This document shows, one piece after another, positions 32,747-43,905 of a stretch of 64,000 nt of DNA. A model generated the notes under the pieces. That model was given only the letters and a program-made list of their open reading frames with translations. It was not told the origin of the DNA and did not search any database. Made by a program: the position numbers and the translations under genes. Source of the DNA: an uncultured cyanobacterium (lineage in GTDB: Bacteria > Cyanobacteriota > Cyanobacteriia > Cyanobacteriales > Nostocaceae); contig CAVUDP010000002.1 of assembly GCA_963740315.1 (NCBI GenBank), forward strand, positions 416,001 through 480,000. The letters run 5' to 3'. Positions within the stretch are counted from its first letter, which is position 1. Every line of letters starts with the position of its first letter.

Positions 32747-33954
32747 TCAACTGGCTGCAATGTTTTGCTCATGATTTTGTATAGTTTTTGAGCTTCAATA
32801 TTTAGATTAAATTCTGTTTCTACTTTATTTCTTCCTGCGGTGCCGAATTTATTTCTTAATTCGCAGTCATTGAGTAGTTTTTCAATGCTTTGGGTGAAAG
32901 AATCTGTATCGCCAGCAGGTACGATATAGCCGCTAACATTGTTTTCTACTAACTCGCTGACTCCGGCGATTTGGGGAGCAACTACGGGTACTCCTGCTGC
33001 CATTGCTTCCATTAAGACTACGGGTACTCCTTCGGCAAAGCTGGATGAAACGAATACGTCGGTTTGCTCAAAGTATTCACGTACTTCCGCTTGTGATTTA
33101 TAGCCTACAAATTTTACATTGTCGCTCAAGCCTAAATCGGCAGTCATTTGCTCTAAATAAGTGCGATCGCTACCGTCACCAACTACTGTTAAAATCACAT
33201 CTGGATGCTGTTGCTTCAAAGAAAGCAAACTTTGTAAAAGAATCGGTAAGCCTTTGACAACGGTGAGTCTGCTGACAAAAAGTATGTGTTTCCCTTTCCC
33301 TTGATGAGATACTACTTTAAATAATGTCGGATCTATACCGCAGTGAACGATATGCATTTTATTCCATTTCTCTATAGGTGCAAATATCATCCCCTGACTG
33401 CGACAATAGTTACTAATACAACTTACAAATAAGGCTCTGTTTATTTTCTCATCCAGTCTCCAATGATACGGTTGAAAGAAAATATAGGGACCGTGTAATG
33501 TAAAGCTATAGCTAAAGCCTCCTAATTCTGCTGCTAACATGGCAACGCTACAGCTAGAATCTCCAAAATGGTTGTGTAGGTGCCCAATTCGTCTTTGTTT
33601 GATTTCTTGAGCAAGAATACCCGCTTCTAAAAAGTAGAATAATTGATAGAAGTTTCCGCGCAATCCATGTATTCGAGTTGACCAAGCCAATTTAAGTGCT
33701 TGGAAATATCTCTTTGGCGAACTTATTAATAAATTAAAATGCGATCGCGCTAATTTCAAAGGGCGTGGAGGGAGAATATAAAAAGTTTGATTTCGTTCTT
33801 GTTTTTGTTCTTCTCCCACCATATGTTCTTCACCAGTAGGGCGCACGGAAAATGTATGTATTTCTGCACCTTGTTGACGAAGTGCGGCAATTTCACGTTG
33901 AATAAAAGTATCTGTAGCTCTGGGATATTCTCCAGTTAAATAAGCAATTCGCAT
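32695..33954 (-). CDS. GT4 glycosyltransferase (WcaL-like)
   Basis: MRIAYLTGEYPRATDTFIQRE, HLHNHF, SSFAEGVPVVLMEAMAAG. Confidence 0.9.
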   Translation of the reverse strand: MRIAYLTGEYPRATDTFIQREIAALRQQGAEIHTFSVRPTGEEHMVGEEQKQERNQTFYILPPRPLKLARSHFNLLISSPKRYFQALKLAWSTRIHGLRGNFYQLFYFLEAGILAQEIKQRRIGHLHNHFGDSSCSVAMLAAELGGFSYSFTLHGPYIFFQPYHWRLDEKINRALFVSCISNYCRSQGMIFAPIEKWNKMHIVHCGIDPTLFKVVSHQGKGKHILFVSRLTVVKGLPILLQSLLSLKQQHPDVILTVVGDGSDRTYLEQMTADLGLSDNVKFVGYKSQAEVREYFEQTDVFVSSSFAEGVPVVLMEAMAAGVPVVAPQIAGVSELVENNVSGYIVPAGDTDSFTQSIEKLLNDCELRNKFGTAGRNKVETEFNLNIEAQKLYKIMSKTLQPVDSYQLPVTNYQLPVTKS

Positions 33955-34148
33955 AATTATCAATTATTAATTATCAAAAATTAGGAAATGGGCATTGGGC
34001 ATTGGGCATTGCTCACGGAGTTAGGAGTACTTCGACAAGCTCAGTAACCTTTAGGAGTTAGGAGTTAGGAATGAAGGATTTTCTACTTCCTCCCTATCTC
34101 CCCATCTCCCTATCTCCCCATCCCCTTCCCCCTCTCCCTCCTCTCATC

Positions 34149-35183
34149 TCAAGAATTTACGGAAGTTGCGTTTGCTGCACTTAGTAAATCAATATCGCTG
34201 CAACTGCGTTTTAAAGCTTCATCTAACGAATACAAGGGCTGCCAATTCAATATCTCCTGGGCATTTTGATTGCTATAGCGAAAAGGTTTAAAACGGGCTT
34301 CTAGTTTTGCTGGTACGAAGATTCCGGGTAGCTTGATTTTTCCTAAAAATAGCATTTTGTTGGATAACCAAGCACTGCGAGATAATAAACGCATCAATGT
34401 CCAATTAATCCCAATTGTGGAAGGCTGACGGGGTAGCAGTTTTATTATTTTTTCGGCATAAACTTTTTGTGTTGGTAAATCCGAGTCAACAATATTTAAA
34501 GTCTTACCGATAGCTTCTTTCTGAGATAGAGCGCTAACTATTGCACTCGCGCAGTTTTCTACATAAGTAAGGGGAAGTTGGGCGTTTCCACCAATGCGAA
34601 TCCACAGACGATTTTTGAGGTTTACTCCTAAATGGGCGTTCCATAAATTGTTTCTTCCGTAAACTATCCCCGGACGGAGAATTGTAACTTCTCCCTGATT
34701 TTTCATTTCAAAATCTCGAAACAGATTTTCTTGAATCAGTTTAGTTTGGGCGTAAACATCTCTATCTAAAGGCTGACTTTCGATGGGCGAATCTTCATTG
34801 ATAATTTCGCGATCGCCAATGTGTAAGTAATCGAAGACGCTAAACGTACTTATTGCCACCAACCGTTTGATATTTACTGCTACCATTGCTTTCAGTAAAT
34901 TTTCGGTAGCGCTAACGGTATTTGCATACTGCGTATCGTAGCTGCCCTGTTTGGCTGCGGCTAAATGCACTACGGTGTCTATGTCTTTTAAAGCATTGTC
35001 CAGTCCTTTTGATTGGGTTAAATTAATACGGATTAATTCTAGATTGTTAGAATTGCGCCAAGGTAAACGTTTCTCATCGGAAGTATGTCTAATTGCGGCA
35101 CGTACTTGAAAACCGCGTCGTAATGCTTCAGTAACTACATACTTTCCTAAAAAACCAGATGCTCCTGTAATCAGTAGTTTCAT
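34149..35183 (-). CDS. NAD-dependent epimerase/dehydratase (extended SDR)
   Basis: MKLLITGASGFLG, VVHLAA, YAQTK, LRPGIVYG. Confidence 0.88.
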   Translation of the reverse strand: MKLLITGASGFLGKYVVTEALRRGFQVRAAIRHTSDEKRLPWRNSNNLELIRINLTQSKGLDNALKDIDTVVHLAAAKQGSYDTQYANTVSATENLLKAMVAVNIKRLVAISTFSVFDYLHIGDREIINEDSPIESQPLDRDVYAQTKLIQENLFRDFEMKNQGEVTILRPGIVYGRNNLWNAHLGVNLKNRLWIRIGGNAQLPLTYVENCASAIVSALSQKEAIGKTLNIVDSDLPTQKVYAEKIIKLLPRQPSTIGINWTLMRLLSRSAWLSNKMLFLGKIKLPGIFVPAKLEARFKPFRYSNQNAQEILNWQPLYSLDEALKRSCSDIDLLSAANATSVNS

Positions 35184-36056
35184 ATATCTACAAAATGAAG
35201 ATGTCTTTGATAAGGCTAATGTATTCATATTTTTTGTTAAATATTAAATATCAAATATGAAAGTTGAACTATGAAAAACTGAGAGAATGTATAAAATAAA
35301 CAGGTATTAAACTGGAAAATTGCTTGCAAAGTAAATCAAAGCTGAAGCTTGTGTTAGGGCTACCCTAAAGCAACAGCAAACTTCCATCCGTAAGATTTTC
35401 AATACAGCAAGATAAACTTTTTTTGGTGTTAAAGATGCGGCGTAAAAGTAGGCAAGTATTGATTAATTAACCATCAATTAAAAAAAACCATCGTAATCGT
35501 AAAATACTCTCGTTTAAGATTTAAGCACTTTAACGTCCTCAAGGCTACTATCTCACCTCACTATGAAACTAAATCCTTAAACATCGTAATATAGCTGCTT
35601 TTTAAGTTAATAATGACAATAAAATTATGCCAATCTGGCAATAATCTTTACAATAACTTTAAAAACAATATTCTTTCTACATCGAAAATTTATATTCAAA
35701 AAGGTGAAAGTAATTTTACTTTGAAAAGAGATTATGCTATTGTTTCATATGTTTAAAGATAATGTAAACTTAATTAAATAGGCGTATTTATTATTTACAT
35801 TAGGATTTAAAAGGTTAGCAATAGCCTGATTATGAATGATTTTCGTCTATAACCAATTGGTTATGTTAACGGCATAATTTTTTTGCCATTTAGAGGTATT
35901 TAGCTAAAGCGACATTCAATCTTGTTTCTAGGAACGATAGTTGTCTAAAGAAATTAGATTTTAGTGAGAGGAAATTAGAAGCATAGCGGCAAAACAGCTT
36001 AATTCAGATAGTTCTACGACGGCGAGTTTATTCGCATAGGTATTATAAATATTGTT

Positions 36057-37397
36057 ATGGCATCTTTGAAAAAGCTTGCTTACCGGGGTGCAATCTGGAC
36101 GATTGCAGGTTACGGATCGAGTCAAGTAATGCGCTTCGGCAGTAACCTGATTCTGACTCGCTTGTTAGTGCCAGAGTATTATGGTCTGATGACTGTGGTC
36201 AATACGCTGAGAATGGGTATAGAGCTATTCTCAGACGTTGGTATCCCTCAAAGTATTGTCAACAATGAAGCGGGTGATGAACCTAGTTTTCGGAATACAG
36301 CTTGGACGATGCAGGTAATTCGTGGTTTTTTACTATGGTTTGTTTTCCTGCTAATTACCGTTCCAGCAGCGAATATTTACGACGATCGCCGTTTGCTGTG
36401 GTTGATTCCGGTGATGGGGTTTTCTTCAGTAATTGATGGTTTTAGTTCAACGACTATATATACTTTCCAACGCCGTTTAGACTTAGGTAAGTTAACCAAG
36501 TTTGATTTCATCATACTGATATTAACAATCTTGACTATGATTACTTGGGCTTGGTTTAGCCCTAGTGTCTGGGCTTTAGCGATGGGAGTAATTGCAGGAT
36601 CGATTTACAGAACTATAGGTAGTCATTTGTTGATACCGGGATATAAGAATCGTTTTGCTTGGAATCAGGATGCACTTCGAGAAATTATTTCCTTTGGTAG
36701 ATTGATGTTAGTCGCGACTGCACTTATGTTTCTAGGGGAACAAGCGGACAGGCTAATTCTCGGTAAGCTGTTTACTTTTGAAACCCTGGGTATTTATTCG
36801 ATAGCTTATACTTTGGCGAGCATACCGCGAGAAACGATCAAAAAACTCAGTTATAGAGTTATTTTCCCGGCAATTTCCAACCAAGCCAACATCCCACGCT
36901 CGACTCTACGATCCAAAATTCTTCGTCAACGTCGAATAGTAATCTTTTCATTTGCAGTTTCCATTGCTGCTTTAGTGACTGTTGGAGATTTAATTATTGC
37001 TACTCTCTACGATAAAAGGTACTCTGAAGCTACTTGGATGATGCCGATTCTGTGCTGTGGCATTTGGTTTTCTCTGTTATTTTATACAATTAGCCCCGCT
37101 CTTTTAGCAATCAAAAAACCGCTATATTCTGCTCAAAGCAATCTGGCTCGGTTTGTGGTTATTGCTGTTGGATTACCTTTAGCTTTTTATCGTTTTGGTA
37201 ACGTCGGAGCAATTATTGCGATCGCAATTAGCGATTTCCCTTTATATATTGTCAATCTTTGGGGACTCAAACAAGAGAAGTTATCCTGTTTTGCTCAAGA
37301 CGTTAAAGGTACAGCCTTTTTTGTTGGCATACTTGCTTTATTTCTCTTCATCCGCCATTCTCTTGGTTTTGGACTTCCAATTCAATCCATACTTTAA
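36057..37397 (+). CDS. wzx: Wzx oligosaccharide flippase
   Basis: LILTRLLVPEYYG, FSDVG, DRLILGK, LGIYSIA; many TMs. Confidence 0.88.
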   Translation: MASLKKLAYRGAIWTIAGYGSSQVMRFGSNLILTRLLVPEYYGLMTVVNTLRMGIELFSDVGIPQSIVNNEAGDEPSFRNTAWTMQVIRGFLLWFVFLLITVPAANIYDDRRLLWLIPVMGFSSVIDGFSSTTIYTFQRRLDLGKLTKFDFIILILTILTMITWAWFSPSVWALAMGVIAGSIYRTIGSHLLIPGYKNRFAWNQDALREIISFGRLMLVATALMFLGEQADRLILGKLFTFETLGIYSIAYTLASIPRETIKKLSYRVIFPAISNQANIPRSTLRSKILRQRRIVIFSFAVSIAALVTVGDLIIATLYDKRYSEATWMMPILCCGIWFSLLFYTISPALLAIKKPLYSAQSNLARFVVIAVGLPLAFYRFGNVGAIIAIAISDFPLYIVNLWGLKQEKLSCFAQDVKGTAFFVGILALFLFIRHSLGFGLPIQSIL

Positions 37398-37612
37398 GTA
37401 GTGACATTTTGAGCGTTGAAGGGAATTCAAAATAATTGGATTACTCGAATCCAAGCTGAGAATATTCTCACTAGTCTAGATATTTAAAGATTACCTCTTG
37501 GGATAGATTGCAAACAGTAAATCCGATCAACTAGGTTAATCTTTAACCGAATCAAAATAAAAAATAAATAGATTTACCGATTTTATTAACAGAAAACTTG
37601 CGGAGGAAAGCA

Positions 37613-38383
37613 ATGAGTTTGGTAGATACAAACGTTAAATCTTTTAATCTTACTACCCCAAAAATTAGATACGAGCGTTTTAGGGAAAAGTGGATAGCAT
37701 ATCACCGCGAGATTGTGAAAAAAATAGCAGCCGAGCCTGGTGTCAAAACAATTTGTGAAATTGGTGGTGGAGCAAATCCATTTCTAGAATTAGATTTTGT
37801 ACGAAGCAACGGGTTAGAATACACTATCCTTGATATTTCAGCAGACGAACTTGCAAAAGCTCCCGATAGTTATAATAAAATAGAGGCAAATATTGCAGAT
37901 CCAAATCTGAATTTACCGGGAAAATACGATTTAGTTTTTAGTCATTTTCTTGCAGAACACGTTGAAAATGGTTTGGTTTTTCACAGAAACGTATTCAATC
38001 TTTTGCAAGAGAATGGACGGGCTTTTCACGTATTTCCTACTCTTTACGCTCCTCCGTTTGCAGTCAATCATTTATTACCGGAAAACTTATCTTCGGATAT
38101 CTTACTTTTGTTTTTCCCTCATCGAGAGAAGCAAGGTAAATATGGGAAGTTCCCGGCTTATTACAGTTGGTGTAGAGGACCAATAAAAAGTCAAATCGAT
38201 AAATTTGAAAGTCTTGGTTATTCCATAGAAGAATATGTTGGATTTTACGGACATCCGTATTACAAGAAACTACCACCTTTACAGAAATTAGCTGATTCTT
38301 TAGCAGGTTTTCTAGAGAAAAATCCAAATCCTTTGTTAACAACTTATGCTTACGTTGTTTTAAGTAAAAGTTCTCAGAGTTAA
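37613..38383 (+). CDS. Class I SAM-dependent methyltransferase
   Basis: CEIGGG, ILDIS, YDLVFSHFLAEHV; GGAGG before ATG 37613. Confidence 0.85.
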   Translation: MSLVDTNVKSFNLTTPKIRYERFREKWIAYHREIVKKIAAEPGVKTICEIGGGANPFLELDFVRSNGLEYTILDISADELAKAPDSYNKIEANIADPNLNLPGKYDLVFSHFLAEHVENGLVFHRNVFNLLQENGRAFHVFPTLYAPPFAVNHLLPENLSSDILLLFFPHREKQGKYGKFPAYYSWCRGPIKSQIDKFESLGYSIEEYVGFYGHPYYKKLPPLQKLADSLAGFLEKNPNPLLTTYAYVVLSKSSQS

Positions 38384-38573
38384 AACGTAAATTCTATATT
38401 TCTACGATTTAATTGTCAGGGTGGCTAAATAATAGTCCACCCTTAAAGAGCTTATTTAACATTCCAACTGTTTCCAAATTTGCTTTTTAATTCAAATTTT
38501 CAGATTTTATACCCACTTCCTAATATCAAATTCCTACTCTTTAAGATTCAGTCAATTTAGTTATTGGTAATAC

Positions 38574-39917
38574 ATGATGACAATGGCACAAATTAACGAT
38601 AATCAAAAACCATTGCGAGTAATATTAGTAGCAGAAAATGTATCTCGCCGCATGGGTGGTGAGTCGGGTAAAAATCTTTATTATTTTCATCTTTTTCAAG
38701 AGCGGGGAGTTGACTTACAGATAGTTTGTCACGCAAGAGTTAGAGACGAACTTCGTCAAGAGTTTCCTGACGATCGAGATTTTAATAAATTCCATTTTAT
38801 TGAAGACAATTGGCTGCAAATATTGGTGTGGCGAATTGGTAAATTATTTCACTATCGGATTGAAGATTTAATCTTTTTGCAAATAGTGCATTGGATTACT
38901 CAAATCCGCGCTCGAAAATTGGTCAAAGCACTAATTAAAAAGCAAAATATTGACATAGTATTCCAACCTTCGCCGATTACTCCCAAAGGATTAAACTTTA
39001 TGTACGATCTTGGCGTACCAGTAGTACTTGGTCCTTTGGCTGGTGGCGTTGATTTTCCACCAGCTTTTCGCTACATGGATTCTAAATTTGCTGCGGTGTC
39101 GGTGACTTTGGGAAGGTTATTCTCAAACATATTACATCGATTTGTGCCGGGTAAATTAAAAGCGGAAACTTTAGTTGTTGCTAATCCTCTTACCTTAGAA
39201 TCTTTACCAACTGGATGCCAGGGAAAGATTTATCAAGTAATTGAGTGTGGAGTCGATTTAGATATTTGGCAACCGAGACAACCAAATACCAATCCTGAGA
39301 AACCAGTTCGTTTTGTATATTTAGGTCGTTTTGTTGATTGGAAAGGAATTCAGTTTTTAATTGATGCTTTTAAGCAAGTAGCTGACAATACAAACGCCGT
39401 TTTAGAATTAATTGGAGACGGAGAATTACGCCCAGATTTAGAAAAGCAAGTTACTAATTTAGGTTTAGAAAATAGCGTCAACTTTCACGGCTGGATGAAA
39501 CGCGAACAAGCTTCAATTTTGCTTTGCGAATGCGATGTATTTGTGATGCCTTCTTTACGCGAAGCTGGTGGTAATGCAGTTTTAGAAGCGATGGCGTTAG
39601 GATTACCCGTGATTGCAACAAAATGGGCAGGTCCTGCTAATACCCTACATCCCGATTGCGGTATTTGGGTTGAGCCGACTTCGGTAGAAGTTTTTGTGAA
39701 TGGCTTCGCACAAGCGATGATTAAACTTGCTAATTCATCAGAATTGCGCCATCAAATGGGAGAAGCTGGTCCCAAACGAGTGCGTACCAACTATTTTGAT
39801 TGGGATTCCAAAGTAGATAGGATTATTGAAATTTTCTACGAAACCCTTTCAGGCCAGCCAGAATCTCAAAAAACTTGGCAACCTGATATAACTTCTCCTT
39901 CTTTGTATTTAAAGTAA
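38574..39917 (+). CDS. GT4 glycosyltransferase
   Basis: YLGRFVDWKG, FVMPSLREAGGNAVLEAMALGLPVI. Confidence 0.9.
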   Translation: MMTMAQINDNQKPLRVILVAENVSRRMGGESGKNLYYFHLFQERGVDLQIVCHARVRDELRQEFPDDRDFNKFHFIEDNWLQILVWRIGKLFHYRIEDLIFLQIVHWITQIRARKLVKALIKKQNIDIVFQPSPITPKGLNFMYDLGVPVVLGPLAGGVDFPPAFRYMDSKFAAVSVTLGRLFSNILHRFVPGKLKAETLVVANPLTLESLPTGCQGKIYQVIECGVDLDIWQPRQPNTNPEKPVRFVYLGRFVDWKGIQFLIDAFKQVADNTNAVLELIGDGELRPDLEKQVTNLGLENSVNFHGWMKREQASILLCECDVFVMPSLREAGGNAVLEAMALGLPVIATKWAGPANTLHPDCGIWVEPTSVEVFVNGFAQAMIKLANSSELRHQMGEAGPKRVRTNYFDWDSKVDRIIEIFYETLSGQPESQKTWQPDITSPSLYLK

Positions 39918-40363
39918 AGTAAGAACTTCAAAAACTTGTATAACCTTGTAGGGGCAATTTTCAATTTGCTCTTGCGAGGTTTTTTGCATTTGTCGTCAAA
40001 ACTCAAAATTCATTGCTTTAAACTGCTATGGACTTTTCCAAAGACATTATTTTAATCTTATCGAACAAACGCAATACTATCAACTTCATATTATTTTTTA
40101 CACAAAGAATATAAGTGATTAGTTCGATTTAACAGCTTTATGGCTTGATATCTAGTTACTGAAACCCTATTGGTAACTATGTTTCGCAGTTTATACTTTT
40201 AGCTAATTATATGTCTTTCAAGTTATTAACAAATTTTAATACTTGTTTTATTTTTAACTCTGTTATGATATAAACACTTACTAATTAGATAAAAACTAAA
40301 CTACAGTTATACTGGAATGGTAAATAAAGTAATTCAATTTCGTAAAATGAATTAAAAAATTAA

Positions 40364-41497
40364 ATGACATATCATTTAGCTCTCAGCAGTTGTTTTGATT
40401 TAGAGAATATCAAACAAGATGCTCAGGTTGGTAAACGCCCTGCTCATGTCATATTCGATATCAGTCGGCTGTTAAATGCACAAATACATCAGCCAAACAA
40501 AGATTTTTTGTTACCGATACATTTCGTCTATGAAAAGATTATAGGATGCAGACGTTATTGGTCTTTAGCTCGCGAGCTATCTTCTACACTGAGGTCTGAT
40601 GACGTAGTTTATTGCACCGATGAAAACGTAGGATTACCGATTGCTGCACTTTGCGGAGTCAGAGAAAATGGACCGAAAGTAGTTGTGTTTGTACATAATC
40701 TCAACAGACTGCGGGGACGTTTGGCATTGAAGTTGTTTGAAATCGGAAAGCGCGTCGATTTATTCATCACAGCGAATCAAGAGCAAGCTGATTTTCTACG
40801 AGATTATCTGGATTTACCCAAAAATCGCGTTTGTCTATTTCCCTATCAACCTACAGACACATCATTCTTTACGCCTTCTTTTGCTTCGTCACATAAATCG
40901 CGTCCATTAATTGTTAGTGGAGGTTTGGAACAACGGGATTATCGAACTCTTGCAAGAGCAACGCAATCTCTAAACGTTGATGTGAAAATTTGCGCTGTCT
41001 CTCCGACTAAAACCGTTATTTCGCAGACTTTTCCCAAAGTTATTCCTGCAAATATGTCTTATCGCTACTATGATTGGAACTCTTTGGTGCAGCTTTACCG
41101 CGATGCTGACATTGTTGCGATCGCGCTTTACCCAAACAATTTTCAAGCAGGTTTATCTACTCTGTTTGAAGCCCTTGCTTGTCGAAAGCCAGTCATCATC
41201 ACTCGTGCGCCAGGAATCATCCAAGAACTAATTGATTCAAAAGCGGTTTTGGGCGTTAATCCCGGCGATTCCGAGGGTTTAAATCAAGCAATTAGCAGCC
41301 TGTTAGAAAATCCTAAACAGGGTGAAGCTTTAGCACAAAAGGGTTATCAGTTGGTACTTGAGCGGTACAACTGCCAAATCTATGTCAAAGCTTTGGTTGA
41401 GCAATTGACCAATATTTATAGCGATCGGTTGAGTGGATTACAGTTAGAACTTTCCCTTAACTCTGCTTTGGTAAAGGCTTTGAACTCGGAAGAATAA
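40364..41497 (+). CDS. GT4 glycosyltransferase
   Basis: SGGLEQRDY, AGLSTLFEALACRKPVI. Confidence 0.85.
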   Translation: MTYHLALSSCFDLENIKQDAQVGKRPAHVIFDISRLLNAQIHQPNKDFLLPIHFVYEKIIGCRRYWSLARELSSTLRSDDVVYCTDENVGLPIAALCGVRENGPKVVVFVHNLNRLRGRLALKLFEIGKRVDLFITANQEQADFLRDYLDLPKNRVCLFPYQPTDTSFFTPSFASSHKSRPLIVSGGLEQRDYRTLARATQSLNVDVKICAVSPTKTVISQTFPKVIPANMSYRYYDWNSLVQLYRDADIVAIALYPNNFQAGLSTLFEALACRKPVIITRAPGIIQELIDSKAVLGVNPGDSEGLNQAISSLLENPKQGEALAQKGYQLVLERYNCQIYVKALVEQLTNIYSDRLSGLQLELSLNSALVKALNSEE

Positions 41498-41640
41498 TTT
41501 GAGAATTTGCTTGTACACCACATCTATATACAGGGTTGCATCGCTATATTCGTTTCAGGTTTTTTATTCTTGCTACGTTACTGTACGAAATTGATTTTGT
41601 AGATAACTTTATATAGCCCTTTTCGCTTGACTAAAATACA

Positions 41641-41978
41641 AACCTATCCCCCAGCCCCTTCTCTACGAGGGAAGGGGAGCAAGATTTAAAGCCTCTCTCC
41701 GCATCCGGAGCTATGTTTGGAGAGAGGTTGAAACTATATTGCACCCAACTCTAAATAAAAAGACATTGCACTGCAACGTCTTCGACGGTAAATAAGTAGA
41801 TGGACAAAAAGATTTACCGTCATTGCGAGCGAAGCGAAGCAATCCCAAGCCTTGCGATGAACCGCACCCTCCGGGTGAATGTTTCGTTCCATTCCCTCTC
41901 TAGGGAACACTCCGTGTATCGCCTTTCAGGCGACGCAAGCAACAGCGCGGCACGACTCGTTAGAGTAACGCAATGACA
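41641..41978. repeat. Cluster of dispersed repeats, including a GTCATTGCG...CGCAATGAC element with nested short insertions
   Basis: 41641-41730 (relative of 9512-9587), palindrome 41761-41781, terminal inverted GTCATTGCG (41819) / CGCAATGAC (41970-41978). Confidence 0.7.
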
Positions 41979-42027
41979 ATATATAATTAATTTTGCCTAA
42001 GCACTTAATCTGTTGATTGTTAGGACA

Positions 42028-42528
42028 TTAATTATTTTTCTGATGTAAAATCGGCATGGTAAATAAACCCCAAGCCAAACCTGTAATTAAACCAAACGGC
42101 ATAACAATAGGATTTTGAAAACTCCACCAGCCAAAAATTTGGGCTGCCATTTCCAAGGGATACGCCATCATTAATACGGTTGATATCGCCGCACCATTCC
42201 AACCGTATTGATGCAGCCAGTAAAAACTATTTCCTTTATCCGTAATATACAGCATCCTAGTAGCAAATAAACCCATAACCGTACCGTAACAGCGCATACA
42301 TACAGCCATGATGAAGGGTGGTGCTAACTCAACTCCCATATGAGGTTGAGGGCAGACATGATGACCCATGAAATAAATAATGTTTGCAATAGTCGGTAAA
42401 ATTGGCAACCCGGAAGCAGCAAGAAAGGGAGCGGCGATCGGTCCGATTATCATTCCTGTGAGTAGGAAGTCGGCAATAAAGCTTACGGGGTTGATTTGGA
42501 GTTGTTTGTTGGAAGTTGTTAGCTGCAT
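42028..42528 (-). CDS. DUF2085-like membrane protein
   Basis: IYFMGHHVCPQP and MAVCMRCYG motifs with several TMs; start set at MQLTT. Confidence 0.75.
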   Translation of the reverse strand: MQLTTSNKQLQINPVSFIADFLLTGMIIGPIAAPFLAASGLPILPTIANIIYFMGHHVCPQPHMGVELAPPFIMAVCMRCYGTVMGLFATRMLYITDKGNSFYWLHQYGWNGAAISTVLMMAYPLEMAAQIFGWWSFQNPIVMPFGLITGLAWGLFTMPILHQKNN

Positions 42529-42887
42529 TTTATATAAACTTGCTTTTGTTAGTGGTTTTTTAGTTTGTAATTTCATTTTGGCAAAAGCAACCCACTTATA
42601 ACATCTCATCGCTCGCAGGGAGGAGAGCAATAATAGCGATCGCGGTTAGTTTTGAGAAAATTATACTGATATTAGTGGGATTTAGACGAACAGTCTTCTG
42701 TTTTGTGATTTGTTTGCTATTAAGCGTATTGCTACTAATGGTAGAATTACGTAAACGAATCTCTAGTAAAGTAAAATTAATAACTGAATATTTAAGATGA
42801 GTACTGTTTTAGATTAAGGGGAGATAAGTACTAGTTGTTTTGTGCGTATCGTAACAGTTTATAACTAAAAATTAAGAAATTATTGCT

Positions 42888-43703
42888 ATGACATTTAACT
42901 ATACGAAATGGGGCTTTATTGTTGGTACTGTTATTGCGCTAACTGGCATCGCAGCTAGTTTAACGAATCAAGAAATACGATGTGCTATTGGTTTAGATCG
43001 ATGTACAGTTCAAAATGAATTAGTAGACATTCTTATTAAAGAAGAAAACTTACAACCTTTGCAGGGCGTAGAAGTTTCTTTTGCATCTAAAGGAGCGCCT
43101 GAAGTTGTAGAAACTGATAGTAACGGTTACGCCCAAATCAAAATCCCTAGCAGAGGAGATATTAATGTTAACTTGCTTAAAGATGGTTATCAGCCTCAAA
43201 ACTTCACCATCAATTTGAAGAATAATAAGGAAAATACTAGAAGGTATACTTTAAAAAAATTAAATGATATAGTTTCTAGCTCTCCTCCCCAAGGAGATTC
43301 GCAAGAAAAGCCTTCAATTAATATAGAAAAGAAGCCTATAAAAACTTTTGAAAAGAATGGCTTCAAGATTGCATTTGAGGGTTGTTATCGAAAAGGGAAA
43401 GTGAATTGCAAGTTTTCGATTGTAAATCTAGAGAGCAAGAATAGAACATTCTTTTTATATTCTCAATCTAGAACTTTTGATTTTTCTGGAAATGAATACA
43501 ACGCTTTACAAGTTTGGGTATCGAATAATACTATAGATTCTGTATTTGGCAATTTTCCTGCTCAATCTTCACTTATACAAGGAGTTCCAGTCAAAGCAGG
43601 AGTAAATTTTGATTTACCCACAGAGTTAAATTCATTAGCAGTACTCGAAGTCAATTTTAATGACGGTATATTTCAGTTTCGCGATGTCAAAATTAACAGA
43701 TAG
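42888..43703 (+). CDS. Membrane-anchored hypothetical protein with carboxypeptidase-regulatory-like and beta-rich domains
   Basis: N-terminal TM; PLQGVEV..TDSNGY..LKDGYQP pattern. Confidence 0.65.
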   Translation: MTFNYTKWGFIVGTVIALTGIAASLTNQEIRCAIGLDRCTVQNELVDILIKEENLQPLQGVEVSFASKGAPEVVETDSNGYAQIKIPSRGDINVNLLKDGYQPQNFTINLKNNKENTRRYTLKKLNDIVSSSPPQGDSQEKPSINIEKKPIKTFEKNGFKIAFEGCYRKGKVNCKFSIVNLESKNRTFFLYSQSRTFDFSGNEYNALQVWVSNNTIDSVFGNFPAQSSLIQGVPVKAGVNFDLPTELNSLAVLEVNFNDGIFQFRDVKINR

Positions 43704-43905
43704 TTATGTAGAGACGTAGCAGTGCTACGTCTCTATAAGTTTCGGCAAAAACGAACTGATGATAATAAATGCAATTAACCACCAAGATATTAAATGACAA
43801 AATCTTGATTCCTATATTCTGGGTGCTGCTGATTTGATGTATAAGATTTTGTTAGTTGGGTATCTACAATTTGGGAGACGTAGCACTGCTACGTCTCTAC
43901 ATTAG

